A program made the translations under genes and the position numbers. The notes under the pieces are model-generated. The model saw only the letters and a program-made list of their open reading frames with translations. It ran no database searches and had not been told where the DNA came from. From the NCBI GenBank assembly GCA_035546335.1, contig DATKDP010000056.1:120577-184576 (forward strand): a stretch of 64,000 nt of DNA. Direction: 5' to 3'. Positions 27,521 to 38,084 of this stretch are shown here, piece by piece; the stretch's first letter is position 1, and each line of letters opens with the position of its first letter. Origin of the DNA: Thermoanaerobaculia bacterium. Its GTDB lineage: Bacteria; Acidobacteriota; Thermoanaerobaculia; Gp7-AA8.

Positions 27521-28783
27521 GCCGTTCGCTTGCCGGAGCGCCTGTCACGAGACGACGACCTCTCAGCCGATTTCCGGCTGTTGCGAGACATCTACCAGCG
27601 CGCACTCGATCGCTGCACTCCTGAGCGCCTCGTGCTTCGAGCGATCGATCGCGATCCGCTCGACGGCACATTCGATGTCGCAGCCGTCGGAAAATGCGCT
27701 GCGGGACTCCTCGCCGGGGCTGCAGCACGTGTCGAGATCGCCCGCGCGTTTCTCGCTGTCCCCCAGGGCTACCCGATCACCGTGCCCATGGAGGCCGAGA
27801 TCGCGTTCGGCTCGCATCCTCAACTCGACTCCGCGAGCTTCGACGCTGGAGACCGGCTGCAGCGCTTCGTCAGCAGCTCCCTGCATCCGCTGCTCGTGCT
27901 CGTTTCGGGAGGAGCGTCCGCCTCGGTCGAGCTGCCACTGATCCCGTGGTTCTCCGAGGACGACGTCCGTCACGTCAACGCGATTCTGCTTCGCTCCGGC
28001 CTTCCGATCGATCGCATGAATGTCGTCAGAAAACACATCTCTGGCATCAAAGGAGGACGGCTGATCACATCGATCAGCAGCTCCTGCACCACGCTCGTCT
28101 ACTCCGACGTCGCCCCCGGACGGCTCGCGGATGTCGGGTCCGGACCGACACTCCCCGACCCCTCGACCAACGAGGACGCGGCAGCAATTCTCGAGCGCTT
28201 GTCCGATCCACGCTGCCGATCCGCAGCCGTCCTACTCCGAAGCGGCGAGGTTCCCGAGACGCCGAAGGCGCTGCGCGGCGCAGTACGGCTCATCGCCGAC
28301 AACACCGATCTCGTCGCTGCGGCAGCGGATGCCGCCGTCGAGCTCGGGGTGTCCGCCTCGCCGCTGGGTGTCTCGTTGGATGATGACGTCGAGAGCGGCG
28401 CACGGCGGCTTCTCGCATCGATCCGCCTCTCGGACCATCGCGTTCTGCTGGTTGCAGGAGGAGAGCCGACCATCACCGTCCAGGGCGATGGAAAAGGAGG
28501 CCGTTGCAGCGAGCTGGCTCTCCGGTTTCTCCGCGCCGCGGCCGCCGAGCACCTCCGATTTTCGGCTCTCTTCGGATCCTCCGATGGGGTCGACGGCAAC
28601 AGTGGAGCCGCGGGAGTGTACATCGACGATGGGGCGGCCGCGAAGACAGCGGTGGGCGAGATCGACGATGCGATCGCTGCTTCGGACAGCTTCGGACTGG
28701 TGCAGAGAATCGGCGAGCCCATTATGATGCAACCGACTGGCAATAATCTCCGCGATCTGTTCCTGCTGATGGCGCGTGGTTAG
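27521..28783 (+). CDS. glycerate 2-kinase / hydroxypyruvate reductase (MOFRL family)
   Basis: LLVSGGASA...VRKHISGIKGG and VLLVAGGEPTITVQGDGKGGRCSELAL motifs of the DUF4147+MOFRL glycerate kinase. GTG start at 27521 with a GGAAGG RBS is proposed; the long ORF begins at 27464 inside thiS. Confidence 0.65.
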   Translation, partial: AVRLPERLSRDDDLSADFRLLRDIYQRALDRCTPERLVLRAIDRDPLDGTFDVAAVGKCAAGLLAGAAARVEIARAFLAVPQGYPITVPMEAEIAFGSHPQLDSASFDAGDRLQRFVSSSLHPLLVLVSGGASASVELPLIPWFSEDDVRHVNAILLRSGLPIDRMNVVRKHISGIKGGRLITSISSSCTTLVYSDVAPGRLADVGSGPTLPDPSTNEDAAAILERLSDPRCRSAAVLLRSGEVPETPKALRGAVRLIADNTDLVAAAADAAVELGVSASPLGVSLDDDVESGARRLLASIRLSDHRVLLVAGGEPTITVQGDGKGGRCSELALRFLRAAAAEHLRFSALFGSSDGVDGNSGAAGVYIDDGAAAKTAVGEIDDAIAASDSFGLVQRIGEPIMMQPTGNNLRDLFLLMARG

Positions 28784-28833
28784 CAAGCGACAGCCGCTCG
28801 GAAGGCTCTCTCGGAGACGCAGCTGATCATCCG

Positions 28834-31800
28834 ATGGCAGATACTGACAAACCGCCCGTGACGGAAGAGCCTCATCGGTACGAGCGCGAAGGGCTGGAAC
28901 GCCAGAAAGGGCGGCCGATGTGGGGTTGCGTTCGTGCACTCCTCGCCCTCTTCCTGGTGATCGGCGCCATTCTCGGCCTGATCGGTCTCGGGGCTTATCG
29001 ATACCTCGGCAGTGCACGCTTCGCGGAGCTCGTGCGCGCACGGATCGAAGCCAATCTCGAGGCACGCCTGGGACGCGATGTCTTCATCGGCAGAGTCACT
29101 GTCATTCGCACTCCCAATGCGCGCGTGATCCTCGACGACGTCCGCATCGGCAATGCACCAGGAGCGCTTCAGGAGTGGTTTGCCACGGTCCGGCAGGTGG
29201 AGATCGTCGGGGGGATCGACTCGTTCCTCCAACGGCGCGTGCGCCTGGGCCACGTCGACATCCGCGATCCGCACTTCTACTTCGAGGTTTTCCCCGAGGG
29301 TCTGCCGCTGACTCACAACTTCCCCACATGGAAGCCGAGTGGGCCCCGCAGGTTCGAGATCGTGCGCGTCGACGTCTCGAGGCTTTTCGTAACCGGCGGA
29401 CACTTCGACTTTCTCGACCGGCGTCACGATATCCGCGCGGAAGTCACCGGGATTCGATCCGAAGTGATTCCGACGATTCGCGAACAGATCTATCGCGGCA
29501 CCATGGTCAGCCCCGAAGTGATCGTGCGGCTTCAGGATTATCGGCCGTTCTCCCTCTCGCTCGAAGGCAGCTTCCTCTATCGTCCCGGATCGCTCGACAT
29601 TCAGAAGATCGTGATGCGAGGCCGCGGCATGGATGTGGGAATCGACGGGCGCCTTCAGCCGATCACCGAGGGAGCGTACGACCTCGGAATCCGCTCGACG
29701 GTCGACCTGGCGAGGTTGCGGGAGATCTTCGCGATCGAACGGGAGCTGCAGGGAAGTGCCACCCTGGACGCGACGCTGCGCGGCAGGCAGGCGGACTTCA
29801 CTCTCGAGGGTCCGTTCTCCGTTCCGCAACTGGTGGCGGACGCCTACGAGCTCGGCGAGCTGCGTGGAACGCTTCATCTCACCGACGAGCGCTTGTCGGC
29901 GAAGATCGACACCGCACGCTACGGAGGGGGCACACTGTCGGGCAGCTACCGGCTCGCTGAATATCGGGATCCCTACGCGATGGATGTCGACCTCGCCTTC
30001 GATTCGATCTCCCTCGAGAAGCTCTTCGAAGATTGGGGACTCGCCGAGACGGGTCTCCGAGGTGCCGCGACAGGCACCCTGTCGTATGCGTGGGAGAAAG
30101 ATAGAATCCTCGATGGGCGCGGCGAAGGAACGGCGCGCCTGCGACCCGGCGCTGTCGCCTTCGGCAGTGCCCCCTATCCAATGCCTTTCGCTGGATCGGC
30201 GCGATTCGGCCTCACGCGGGGCGTGGTCGATTTCCGGCAGGCGGCCTTCCAGACCGACAAGACGCAGATCGAGCTCGGAGGGACGCTTCGCATCGAAGAC
30301 CTTCGAGCGAACCTTCGTGTCGATGTCACCTCGAGCGATCTGGCCGAGCTGGACAAGATCGCCCTGAACTTCGCTCGCGCGACCGGAACACCCGATCCCG
30401 AGCTTCTCGGCCTCGGCGGAACGGGCACGATACGCGGAAGCGTCGAGGGTCCGCTCGATTCACCTCTCGTCGTCGCGACCGTCGAAGCCCCCACCTTCAT
30501 CTACAACAACATCGAGATCGGCTCGGCCTCGATTGCTCTGCGCTACGACGGTCCGGCCGAGCGGCTGACATTCGAGCGCGCCCGCTTCACGCGAGATGAC
30601 GCCGTGATGCTCATGACCGGGAGCGTGACCTTTCCCTCGAGTGCACCTACGCGCTTCGATCTCGCGTTCGTCGCGACCAACTGGCCGGTCGCTCATGCAA
30701 TCTCGGTCGTCGAGCTCGATCTGGTCGCCAGCGGGCTCGGAACCGGCGAGCTCCATGTCTCGGGAACGCCTGATGCGGGCACGGTTCGTTTCGAGGAGAT
30801 GGTCATCACGCGCGAGCGGGCGGAGCTGCGCCTCAACGGTCTCGTGCGCTGGGCTCCGGGCGAAGGCAATGTCACATTCGATCTCGCGATTGCCGCACGC
30901 TCGTTCCCCGTCGCCGATCTCGTGGCGTTTCTCGACCTCGGAGACATTCCCATCAGTGGCGAGCTGACCGGGACCCTGCGGCTCGAAGGACCTCGCACGG
31001 CTCTCGAAGGGGCGGGCTCGATCACGATCCGGAGCGGAACGATCTACGACGAGCCCCTCGATCTGGCGACGGCCGACATTCTCTTCACGACCGGACTCAT
31101 GCGCGTGACCCATGTCGAGATCCAGGCTCCGGCAGGGACGCTGACCGGCGAGGCCGAATACGAATTCGCCACCGAGCGGTTCAGCTATCTCGTCACCGGC
31201 ACGGAACTCGACATCTCGCGAATCGGCGCTCTCTCCTGGCTGGCGGGTCTGATCGGCGAAGCGGGGCTGCGCATCACATCCAGCGGAGCAGGGACACTGC
31301 AGCAGCCGGAGATCGTGCTCGAGGCTTCGATCGAGGGCCCGCCCCCTGCAGGCCTCGAGATCGGCGACGACGCGGCGCCTCCGACGTTCTATCTGGCGAT
31401 CCGCAATGGAGAGCTGATCGTGCGCGGATCGGCCTGGGGAGCAGTCGAGATCGAGGGGACCGGCACCGTACTGGATGGGCAGCTCGATGGGCTCGTGCAG
31501 CTGAGAATCGCCGACCTGGCGCGCTTTGTCACGGTCTTCGGCGGGATGACGACTGTACCGGTCGCGGGTGAGATCGTCGTCGACCTGCGACTCGGCGGAG
31601 AGCTCGGCGAGTTGACGGCTCTGCGAATCGAAGGGACGGTTCCCACGTTCGACATCGACATCGCGGGCCATCCGTTCGTGGCTGAAGAGCCCATCCGCTT
31701 CACTCTCCACGAAGGACGCGTTGACATCGAGTCGTTCCGACTGGCACGCGACACTTCGGCCTTTTCCATCTCGGGCTTCGTCTCGTTCGTCGAGGATCGC

Positions 31801-33093
31801 CGGATCAACCTGACGATTCGCGGTGCTCTGGAGGCAGCGCTCCTGCAACTGTTCGTGCCGGATACCTCCGCGGCGGGCACGGTGAACATCGCCGCCGGGA
31901 TTACCGGGACAATCGACGAACCGCGCGTGAACGGAACGGCCGAGATTCTCGACGGTCAGGTGCGGATCGCCGGCTTTCCGCAGCTCATCGGCGACATCAT
32001 GGCTTCGATCGTGTTCCATGGCGACCGCCTGGAGATCGATTCGTTCCGTGCGACGCTCGGCGGAGGAGCTCTCGTCGCCGGTGGAGACATCTGGCTCAGC
32101 GGTCTCTCGGTCGAGCGGGTACGAATCAACATGCAGGGGACCGACGTCGCTATCCGTTATTTCGAAGGGCTGTCGATCACCGGCGATCTCGATCTTCGGC
32201 TGACAGGAGATGCGGAACGTGCACTGCTGCAGGGCGACGTTCGCGTCAACCGCGCTCTCTACTTCAGAGACTTCGACTTTACAAGCTCCATTCTGAATCT
32301 CCTCCTGGAACGGCGTGGTCTCGCTCCCGTGGTCGCCGCGAACTGGCAGGAGCGAATCGGGCTCAGCATCAACGTGAGCGCTGCCGAGACTCTCGCCATT
32401 CGCAACAACATCGCCGATGTGACAGGGAGTGCCCAGCTGGAGCTGACCGGCACTCTGGCCAATCCGAACGTTCTCGGCGTGGTGACGATCGACGAAGGGG
32501 GAACCGTCCGGTTCCAGGATGTCGACTATCGCCTGGTGCGCGGCACGATCAATTTTCAGAATCCGTTTCGAATCGATCCGTACTTCGACGTGACCGCCGA
32601 GGCGCGCGTTCAGGAATACGACCTGACGGTGAACCTGACGGGAACGCTCGACCGCATCACCCCGACCGTGACCAGCGATCCGCCGATCAGCGATCTGACC
32701 ATCCTCTCCCTGATCGGACCCTCCTCGATCGGAGCAGACCGCGGCGGCTTTCCCTTCAGCGCACAGTCACTGCAGATGACCGGCACCTCGCTCCTCTACC
32801 AGAGCCTGGCGGGCCTGATCGGGCCGCGCATCCTCCCCTTCGCCGATGCCGTGCGGCTCGAGCTGGAAGGGGTGACCGCGGACCCGACGGTCACGGTCGA
32901 AAAAAGAATCCAGAACGACCTTCGAGTCATCGTCATCTACAACACCCGAACGAACCAGAACCGCGAGATCATCGAATGGCAGGTCACACCCGACTGGATC
33001 CTCGAGCTTTCCCGTGACAGCGAGAAGGAGGACACCTATCTGATCAATGCCGTCGACGCCAGGTTCCGCAGGCGATACGAAGGACGGTGGTGA
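28834..33093 (+). CDS. tamB: translocation and assembly module subunit TamB (AsmA-like, DUF490 C-terminus)
   Basis: 1419 aa. N-terminal signal-anchor, repetitive beta-rich body, C-terminal DUF490-like region. Followed by an Omp85 gene with overlapping start. Confidence 0.75.
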   Translation: MADTDKPPVTEEPHRYEREGLERQKGRPMWGCVRALLALFLVIGAILGLIGLGAYRYLGSARFAELVRARIEANLEARLGRDVFIGRVTVIRTPNARVILDDVRIGNAPGALQEWFATVRQVEIVGGIDSFLQRRVRLGHVDIRDPHFYFEVFPEGLPLTHNFPTWKPSGPRRFEIVRVDVSRLFVTGGHFDFLDRRHDIRAEVTGIRSEVIPTIREQIYRGTMVSPEVIVRLQDYRPFSLSLEGSFLYRPGSLDIQKIVMRGRGMDVGIDGRLQPITEGAYDLGIRSTVDLARLREIFAIERELQGSATLDATLRGRQADFTLEGPFSVPQLVADAYELGELRGTLHLTDERLSAKIDTARYGGGTLSGSYRLAEYRDPYAMDVDLAFDSISLEKLFEDWGLAETGLRGAATGTLSYAWEKDRILDGRGEGTARLRPGAVAFGSAPYPMPFAGSARFGLTRGVVDFRQAAFQTDKTQIELGGTLRIEDLRANLRVDVTSSDLAELDKIALNFARATGTPDPELLGLGGTGTIRGSVEGPLDSPLVVATVEAPTFIYNNIEIGSASIALRYDGPAERLTFERARFTRDDAVMLMTGSVTFPSSAPTRFDLAFVATNWPVAHAISVVELDLVASGLGTGELHVSGTPDAGTVRFEEMVITRERAELRLNGLVRWAPGEGNVTFDLAIAARSFPVADLVAFLDLGDIPISGELTGTLRLEGPRTALEGAGSITIRSGTIYDEPLDLATADILFTTGLMRVTHVEIQAPAGTLTGEAEYEFATERFSYLVTGTELDISRIGALSWLAGLIGEAGLRITSSGAGTLQQPEIVLEASIEGPPPAGLEIGDDAAPPTFYLAIRNGELIVRGSAWGAVEIEGTGTVLDGQLDGLVQLRIADLARFVTVFGGMTTVPVAGEIVVDLRLGGELGELTALRIEGTVPTFDIDIAGHPFVAEEPIRFTLHEGRVDIESFRLARDTSAFSISGFVSFVEDRRINLTIRGALEAALLQLFVPDTSAAGTVNIAAGITGTIDEPRVNGTAEILDGQVRIAGFPQLIGDIMASIVFHGDRLEIDSFRATLGGGALVAGGDIWLSGLSVERVRINMQGTDVAIRYFEGLSITGDLDLRLTGDAERALLQGDVRVNRALYFRDFDFTSSILNLLLERRGLAPVVAANWQERIGLSINVSAAETLAIRNNIADVTGSAQLELTGTLANPNVLGVVTIDEGGTVRFQDVDYRLVRGTINFQNPFRIDPYFDVTAEARVQEYDLTVNLTGTLDRITPTVTSDPPISDLTILSLIGPSSIGADRGGFPFSAQSLQMTGTSLLYQSLAGLIGPRILPFADAVRLELEGVTADPTVTVEKRIQNDLRVIVIYNTRTNQNREIIEWQVTPDWILELSRDSEKEDTYLINAVDARFRRRYEGRW

Positions 33094-35972
33094 TGTCGCC
33101 CGAGCGAGCAACCAGGGCCGGTCTGATCCGCTCCGGCATTGCCGGACTGGCAATCCTGCTGGCCAGCTCGCCTCTCTGCGCGCAGTTCGAGTTTCGAGGG
33201 CTCGTCGTCCGCGACATTGCGATCCGGCCCGATGCCCCCATCGACGAGCCGTTGGTCCGCGAGCTGATCGCGATCCAGCCAGGCGAGCCGCTCTCCATTG
33301 CTGCCGTTCAGTCGACAATCAAGCGCCTCTACGGCACGGGAGACTTCCGTGACATCCGCATCGAGGGCGACACCGCCGGCGATGGAACGGTCGACATCGC
33401 GCTCATTCTCTCGCTCAGCTACCGGATCGCGACGCTCGCGATCGAAGGGGCGGGAGATGACCGCGACCGCGCCAGGCGGGAAGTTCTGATTCGCGTCGGC
33501 GACGTCCTGAGCCTCGATGCGGTCGATCGCAGTGCAGTCGCCATCCAGCAGATGTTCGCGCGGCGAGGTCACCTCGCGGCATCCGTCGATCCCGAAACTC
33601 GGTTCGAGCGCGAGCAGAACCTCGCCGACGTCATCTTTCACGTCACCCCCGGACCGCAGGCGACGATCGCCGCGGTCGAGATCGACGGAGAGACCGCGCC
33701 ATTCACGCGCGAGCAGATCATCGACGCGATGCGCGTGCAACCGGGCGACGCATTCCGTCCCGATCGCGCCCGCCGCGCCGCCGATCGGGTGCGCGCCTTT
33801 CTCTCCCGACGCGACCATCGACGCGCCGACGTCCGCTACCTCGGCGAGACGCATGACCCCGAGACCGACCAGGTCACTCTCCGTTATCGGGTCAATACCG
33901 GTCCCATCGTTCGCGTCGAGGTCACCGGCGTTCCTCGCAGATCCGTCCGCCGTCTCCTTCCCTTCGGTCGCGATGACGAGTACTCGGAGGATCTGATTCA
34001 CCGTTCGGCCTCTCGAATGGTGACCGAGCTCCAGAGTCGAGGCCACTTCCTCGCGGCAGTCGACACGGAAGAAAGGCTCGAAGGGAACGAGTGGATCGTC
34101 GAGTTCCAGGTCCGCCCGGGCCCCGTATACCGTCTTTCCTCGGTCGAATTTCAGGGCAATTCACAGATCTCGGAAGCGCAGCTGCGGGACGTGGTCCAGA
34201 TCCATCGCCGCGGCGGATTCCGGAGCGTGATTGCCGGGCTGTTCCGGCGCCCTACGGGATTGACCCAGGAGATGCTCGCCCAGGATCGGGATGCACTCGA
34301 AGCGTTCTACCGCACGAGGGGATTTACCGAGGTCGAGATTCGCCAACCGGTCGCCGCGCCGTTCCCTGATCAGTCGCTCGTCGTCACCTTTCCGATCCTC
34401 GAGGGTCCGCAGACCGTCTTGACCGAGGTCAGGCTCGAAGGGAATGAGGTAATCAGTACGGCGCGCCTTCCGAATCCGAAACTGACGACCGGCTCTCCGC
34501 TGAATCCGATTCTGTTGACCGGCGACATCATAGCGCTGCAGACGTACTACGCCGTGCGAGGCTACGTCGAAGTTCAGGTCGCCCCGCGCATTACTTTTAC
34601 TTCCGACAAGACCGGCGCGGAGCTGATCTACAGCATCACCGAAGGTCCTCAAGTCAACGTCGACCAGATCATCGTTCGAGGCAACACCTACACCGATCGT
34701 GACGTCATTCTGAAGAAAGTCTCCATCGAGAAAGGCGATCCATTCAGCTACCGGTCGATCTACCAGGCGCAGCGCGATCTGTATCGACTCGGAATCTTCC
34801 AGCGTGTCGATCTCATCCCCGAACAGGCAGGCACGAACGTCGGGCTCCGCAACATCGTCGTCCAGGTCGAAGAGGGAAGAAACCTGACGATCGCCGGATC
34901 GGTCGGCTATTCCACCGATCAGGGAGCACGCGGATCGGTCTCCGTCTTTCACCGGAACCTGTTCGGCTCGGCGCGCTATCTCGGCGTCGAGGCTCGTATC
35001 TCCCAGCGCGAGGATCGCTATGTGCTGACGTACCGGGAGCCATTCATCTTCAACTACGACATTCCGACGCAGCTCACCATCTTCCGCGCCGAGGAGCGCG
35101 CAGGTCGCGTCCGCGATGCCGAGTTCCAGCGTCTCGGTACCTTCATCGAGGCCTCGCGCGTCGTGGGGCTTCGCCAGCGGTGGGCTCTGCGTTACGAGTA
35201 CAAAGTGACTCGCTGCGTTCGAGGGGCGGTCTGCGAAGCGGCAACAGGCGACATTCCCATTCCCGGTCTTCCGCTCGAAGATCAGGAGGTCCAGATCTCC
35301 AGCCTCTCGCCGACCTGGTTCTGGGACAGCCGCGACGACCCGATCAATCCGAGCCGTGGGCTGTTCGCCAGCTCGACACTCGAGTACGCGTTTCCCCTGT
35401 TTCAGGCGGAGACGCAATTCCTGAAGGCAGTCGAGCACGCAACGTGGTATCGACCGCTGAGTGAGCGAACCCTGGTCGCCCTCTCGGTTCGCATTGGCCT
35501 GATCGAGCCACTCGGCAGGAACGAAGTCGAACAGACCGTCCCCATCTCCGAGCGGCTCTATGCCGGCGGCGAGCTGACTCATCGCGCCTTCGAGCTCGAC
35601 TCGCTCGGCATCGAAGGCGAGACCATCGTCTGTCTTCGTCCCTCGGAAGTGGAGAACGGCCCGCCGGAAGTGATTCCCTGCAGCGAGGGAGGACGCCTCA
35701 CTGCACTCGGCGGAAAAGGCATGGTCCTGCTCAACGCCGAATACCGCTTCCCGATCTTCGCCAGCCTCAGCGGAGCGCTCTTCGTCGATGCCGGAAACGT
35801 CTGGCGGACGATCGGCGACATCGACACGGGCGATCTTCGCTACGGTGCAGGCGTCGGAGCCCGCTATCTGACGCCCGTCGGACCGTTGCGAGTCGACATC
35901 GGGTTCAAGCTCGATCGCGAGGCCTTCGAAGATCCATACGCCGTCTTCGTCACGCTGGGGTTCCCGTTCTGA
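33087..35972 (+). CDS. Omp85-family outer-membrane protein assembly factor (BamA/TamA-like, multiple POTRA domains)
   Basis: Signal peptide, POTRA repeats, C-terminal 16-strand barrel ending ...VFVTLGFPF. Confidence 0.85.
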   Translation: MVMSPERATRAGLIRSGIAGLAILLASSPLCAQFEFRGLVVRDIAIRPDAPIDEPLVRELIAIQPGEPLSIAAVQSTIKRLYGTGDFRDIRIEGDTAGDGTVDIALILSLSYRIATLAIEGAGDDRDRARREVLIRVGDVLSLDAVDRSAVAIQQMFARRGHLAASVDPETRFEREQNLADVIFHVTPGPQATIAAVEIDGETAPFTREQIIDAMRVQPGDAFRPDRARRAADRVRAFLSRRDHRRADVRYLGETHDPETDQVTLRYRVNTGPIVRVEVTGVPRRSVRRLLPFGRDDEYSEDLIHRSASRMVTELQSRGHFLAAVDTEERLEGNEWIVEFQVRPGPVYRLSSVEFQGNSQISEAQLRDVVQIHRRGGFRSVIAGLFRRPTGLTQEMLAQDRDALEAFYRTRGFTEVEIRQPVAAPFPDQSLVVTFPILEGPQTVLTEVRLEGNEVISTARLPNPKLTTGSPLNPILLTGDIIALQTYYAVRGYVEVQVAPRITFTSDKTGAELIYSITEGPQVNVDQIIVRGNTYTDRDVILKKVSIEKGDPFSYRSIYQAQRDLYRLGIFQRVDLIPEQAGTNVGLRNIVVQVEEGRNLTIAGSVGYSTDQGARGSVSVFHRNLFGSARYLGVEARISQREDRYVLTYREPFIFNYDIPTQLTIFRAEERAGRVRDAEFQRLGTFIEASRVVGLRQRWALRYEYKVTRCVRGAVCEAATGDIPIPGLPLEDQEVQISSLSPTWFWDSRDDPINPSRGLFASSTLEYAFPLFQAETQFLKAVEHATWYRPLSERTLVALSVRIGLIEPLGRNEVEQTVPISERLYAGGELTHRAFELDSLGIEGETIVCLRPSEVENGPPEVIPCSEGGRLTALGGKGMVLLNAEYRFPIFASLSGALFVDAGNVWRTIGDIDTGDLRYGAGVGARYLTPVGPLRVDIGFKLDREAFEDPYAVFVTLGFPF

Positions 35973-36000
35973 CCGAAGGGGCGGAGGGAGTGCGGTGCAA

Positions 36001-36340
36001 CTCGTGGTGAGCGCGAAGCGCCACCACCGGTCACGGCACGACACGTCATGAAGTCGCGGCACCCCGAAGGGGTGAATGGAACACAGCCGGTGGTGAGCGC
36101 GAAGCGCCACCACCGGAACTGCGACGTTCCGCCGAAAGAACGCGGCACCCCGGAAGGGGTGCCCGGATCCCCTTACCAGAGGAATCGTGAATCGAACTCG
36201 AGTCCATTCGCTTCACCACCGGCTGTGTTCCGGGCACCCCTTCGGGGTGCGGGATGTGACGATGTGTTGTGCCCTGACCGGTGGTGGCGCTTCGCGCTCA
36301 CCACCGGCTGGAATCCCTGCACCCCTTCGGGGTGTCGTTG
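36001..36340. repeat. composite palindromic cluster of two alternating hairpin motifs (H1 CCGGTGGTGAGCGCGAAGCGCCACCACCGG; H2 GCACCCCGAAGGGGTGC)
   Basis: H1 at 36003-36030 and 36086-36115, reverse at 36278-36310. H2 at 36057-36075, 36143-36165, 36233-36255 and 36317-36338. Left-arm units are reverse complements of right-arm units around about 36190. Confidence 0.85.
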
Positions 36341-36381
36341 GCGCGAAATCTGAAGACTTTCGACTCCGAAGGAGCTGGGAC

Positions 36382-36624
36382 ATGGCCAACGAGATCGAAC
36401 AGATGTTGCGCGAGATGTTCGGCGAATCGTGGAACAAGCTGACGAAGTTTCAGTCGGAGCAGGTCGCCAAAATCACGTCCAGAGTCGAGGATCTCGCCCG
36501 AGCTGCTGTCCGGGATGACCTGGCGCGGCTGGCATCCGAGGTCGCGGAGCTCGAGCGCCGCGTGGCCATGCTCGAGGAGGAACGGGTCAAGACGGCAGCG
36601 GAAGGAACCCAGGCGAATTTCTAG
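36382..36624 (+). CDS. small coiled-coil hypothetical protein (80 aa)
   Basis: GGAG RBS. MANEIEQMLREMFGESWNKLTKFQSEQVAKITSRVEDLARAAV... predicted helical. Confidence 0.4.
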   Translation: MANEIEQMLREMFGESWNKLTKFQSEQVAKITSRVEDLARAAVRDDLARLASEVAELERRVAMLEEERVKTAAEGTQANF

Positions 36625-36680
36625 CCCGCATTTCTCACACGTCTTCCTCGGGAGAGCGGTGTTTCGCGACGATGTTGTGA

Positions 36681-38063
36681 TCAGCGCGGCATGGCGGCAA
36701 ACACGAGAGTCTCGAGTACGACATCCACCGGCACTCCACCCGATTTTCTCAGGTAGTCGGCTTCGGCGATCTCCCGAAGGGCGCCGATCAGCTCGTCCTC
36801 GTGAAAGAAGCGCACAGCCTCGAACCGCTTGTGCAACGGAAAGGGATGCGGCTTCTGACGTACCAGCCTGCGACGCACGAGATACTCTCCCAGCGGCTCG
36901 GCGAGTCGATCGCGGAATTGGCTGTACGAGATCGCCTGCCGCGGATCGAGCTTCCGCACGCGGCAGAACGAATGGATCCCGAGAAGCTGACGGATCTCGT
37001 CTGCTAAAGCGAAAAGAAAGCGGCCGTAGTGACCCTCGTTCGTCGTTTTCGGATCATCGCGTCGCGCCTGCGCGATCAGATCGCGCAGCTTCTCCACCGC
37101 TTCGGCCGGCTTTCTGTCCGTGAAAAGAGCACCGAACTCGTAACGCGCACCGCCTGCCACGACAGACACCTGCGCCATGACCAGCTCCCGTGTCACTTCG
37201 GCGCCGGTGCCGGCATAGATCGCCAGTCTCTCCGCTTCGGCGATCGCAGGCCGGAGGTCGGGAACCTCCTTCGAATATTTGTCGCCGAGTGTGCGATCGA
37301 TTCCGAGCGCTCTTCGAAGCGCACTGACCGCTTCAGGCTGGAAGCTGACTCCATACTCCGCGGCAATCTCCTGCACGGCTTCATCCAGTACCGCGGCAAC
37401 GTCCTCACGGCGGAGATTGGCGATGACGACCGCACCGACGCGATCGATCAGTGCCACGCTGGCCGAATCCTTCGGCACTTCTCCCGCACGGAGCAAAAGG
37501 GTCGTGCCCGCGGCACCGCCCCCCCCGATCGCTTCGGCCAGCAGCGCCGCATCGCCTTCGCCTCTCGTTGCCTTCCTGCCGGATGCTCGCGCACTCTGAA
37601 GCATCTCGACCAGATCCTTCTCCGCGGTTCCCAGGCCGATCGCAGCAGCGATCCGACCGTCCGCCGAATCAGCATCGAGACCGACGAGGCCGAGAACATG
37701 AAGCAGCTTCGCCACCGAGGACGAGCGCTTTCGATCGGTCTTCGCGGTACGCCACCCCTCGACCGCCTTTTCGTAGAGCCGCACCAGCTCCTTGTTGGTC
37801 ACGAAGGCGTTCACTTCCGGAACGATGACGAGGCGCCTTCCGCCGAAGAGCGATCCGGTACGAAACGAATCGAGAACCGTCGCGAGATCGCTCGCCTCCC
37901 CCCAGCTCTCGACCTGAACCGCCGCGTCGCAGGCGAGAATGCGATCGCGAATGGCCGTGAATGCTCTCTCGACGGTGTAATCATTGTCACCTCCGACGAG
38001 AATCACCGGCGGGATGGAGCCGCGATCGATTTGCTCGAGCAGGGTAGAGAGAGAGAGAGGCAC
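36681..38063 (-). CDS. holA: DNA polymerase III delta subunit
   Basis: Delta N-terminal fold (ILVGGDNDYTVERAF...). Conserved synteny with nadD/rsfS/rlmH. Unusually long (460 aa) with a Gly/Ala-rich insert. GTG start. Confidence 0.65.
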   Translation of the reverse strand: MPLSLSTLLEQIDRGSIPPVILVGGDNDYTVERAFTAIRDRILACDAAVQVESWGEASDLATVLDSFRTGSLFGGRRLVIVPEVNAFVTNKELVRLYEKAVEGWRTAKTDRKRSSSVAKLLHVLGLVGLDADSADGRIAAAIGLGTAEKDLVEMLQSARASGRKATRGEGDAALLAEAIGGGGAAGTTLLLRAGEVPKDSASVALIDRVGAVVIANLRREDVAAVLDEAVQEIAAEYGVSFQPEAVSALRRALGIDRTLGDKYSKEVPDLRPAIAEAERLAIYAGTGAEVTRELVMAQVSVVAGGARYEFGALFTDRKPAEAVEKLRDLIAQARRDDPKTTNEGHYGRFLFALADEIRQLLGIHSFCRVRKLDPRQAISYSQFRDRLAEPLGEYLVRRRLVRQKPHPFPLHKRFEAVRFFHEDELIGALREIAEADYLRKSGGVPVDVVLETLVFAAMPR

Positions 38064-38084
38064 GGGGGGAGAGTATAGGGGATG

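Noticed and set aside
36048-36353. ORFs of 63-145 aa across the H1/H2 hairpin cluster, and similar ORFs over the octamer/heptamer arrays (37987-38235, 17627-17812, 51849-52127)
   Set aside because: They read through palindromic repeats in multiple frames on both strands, as expected for repeats rather than genes.
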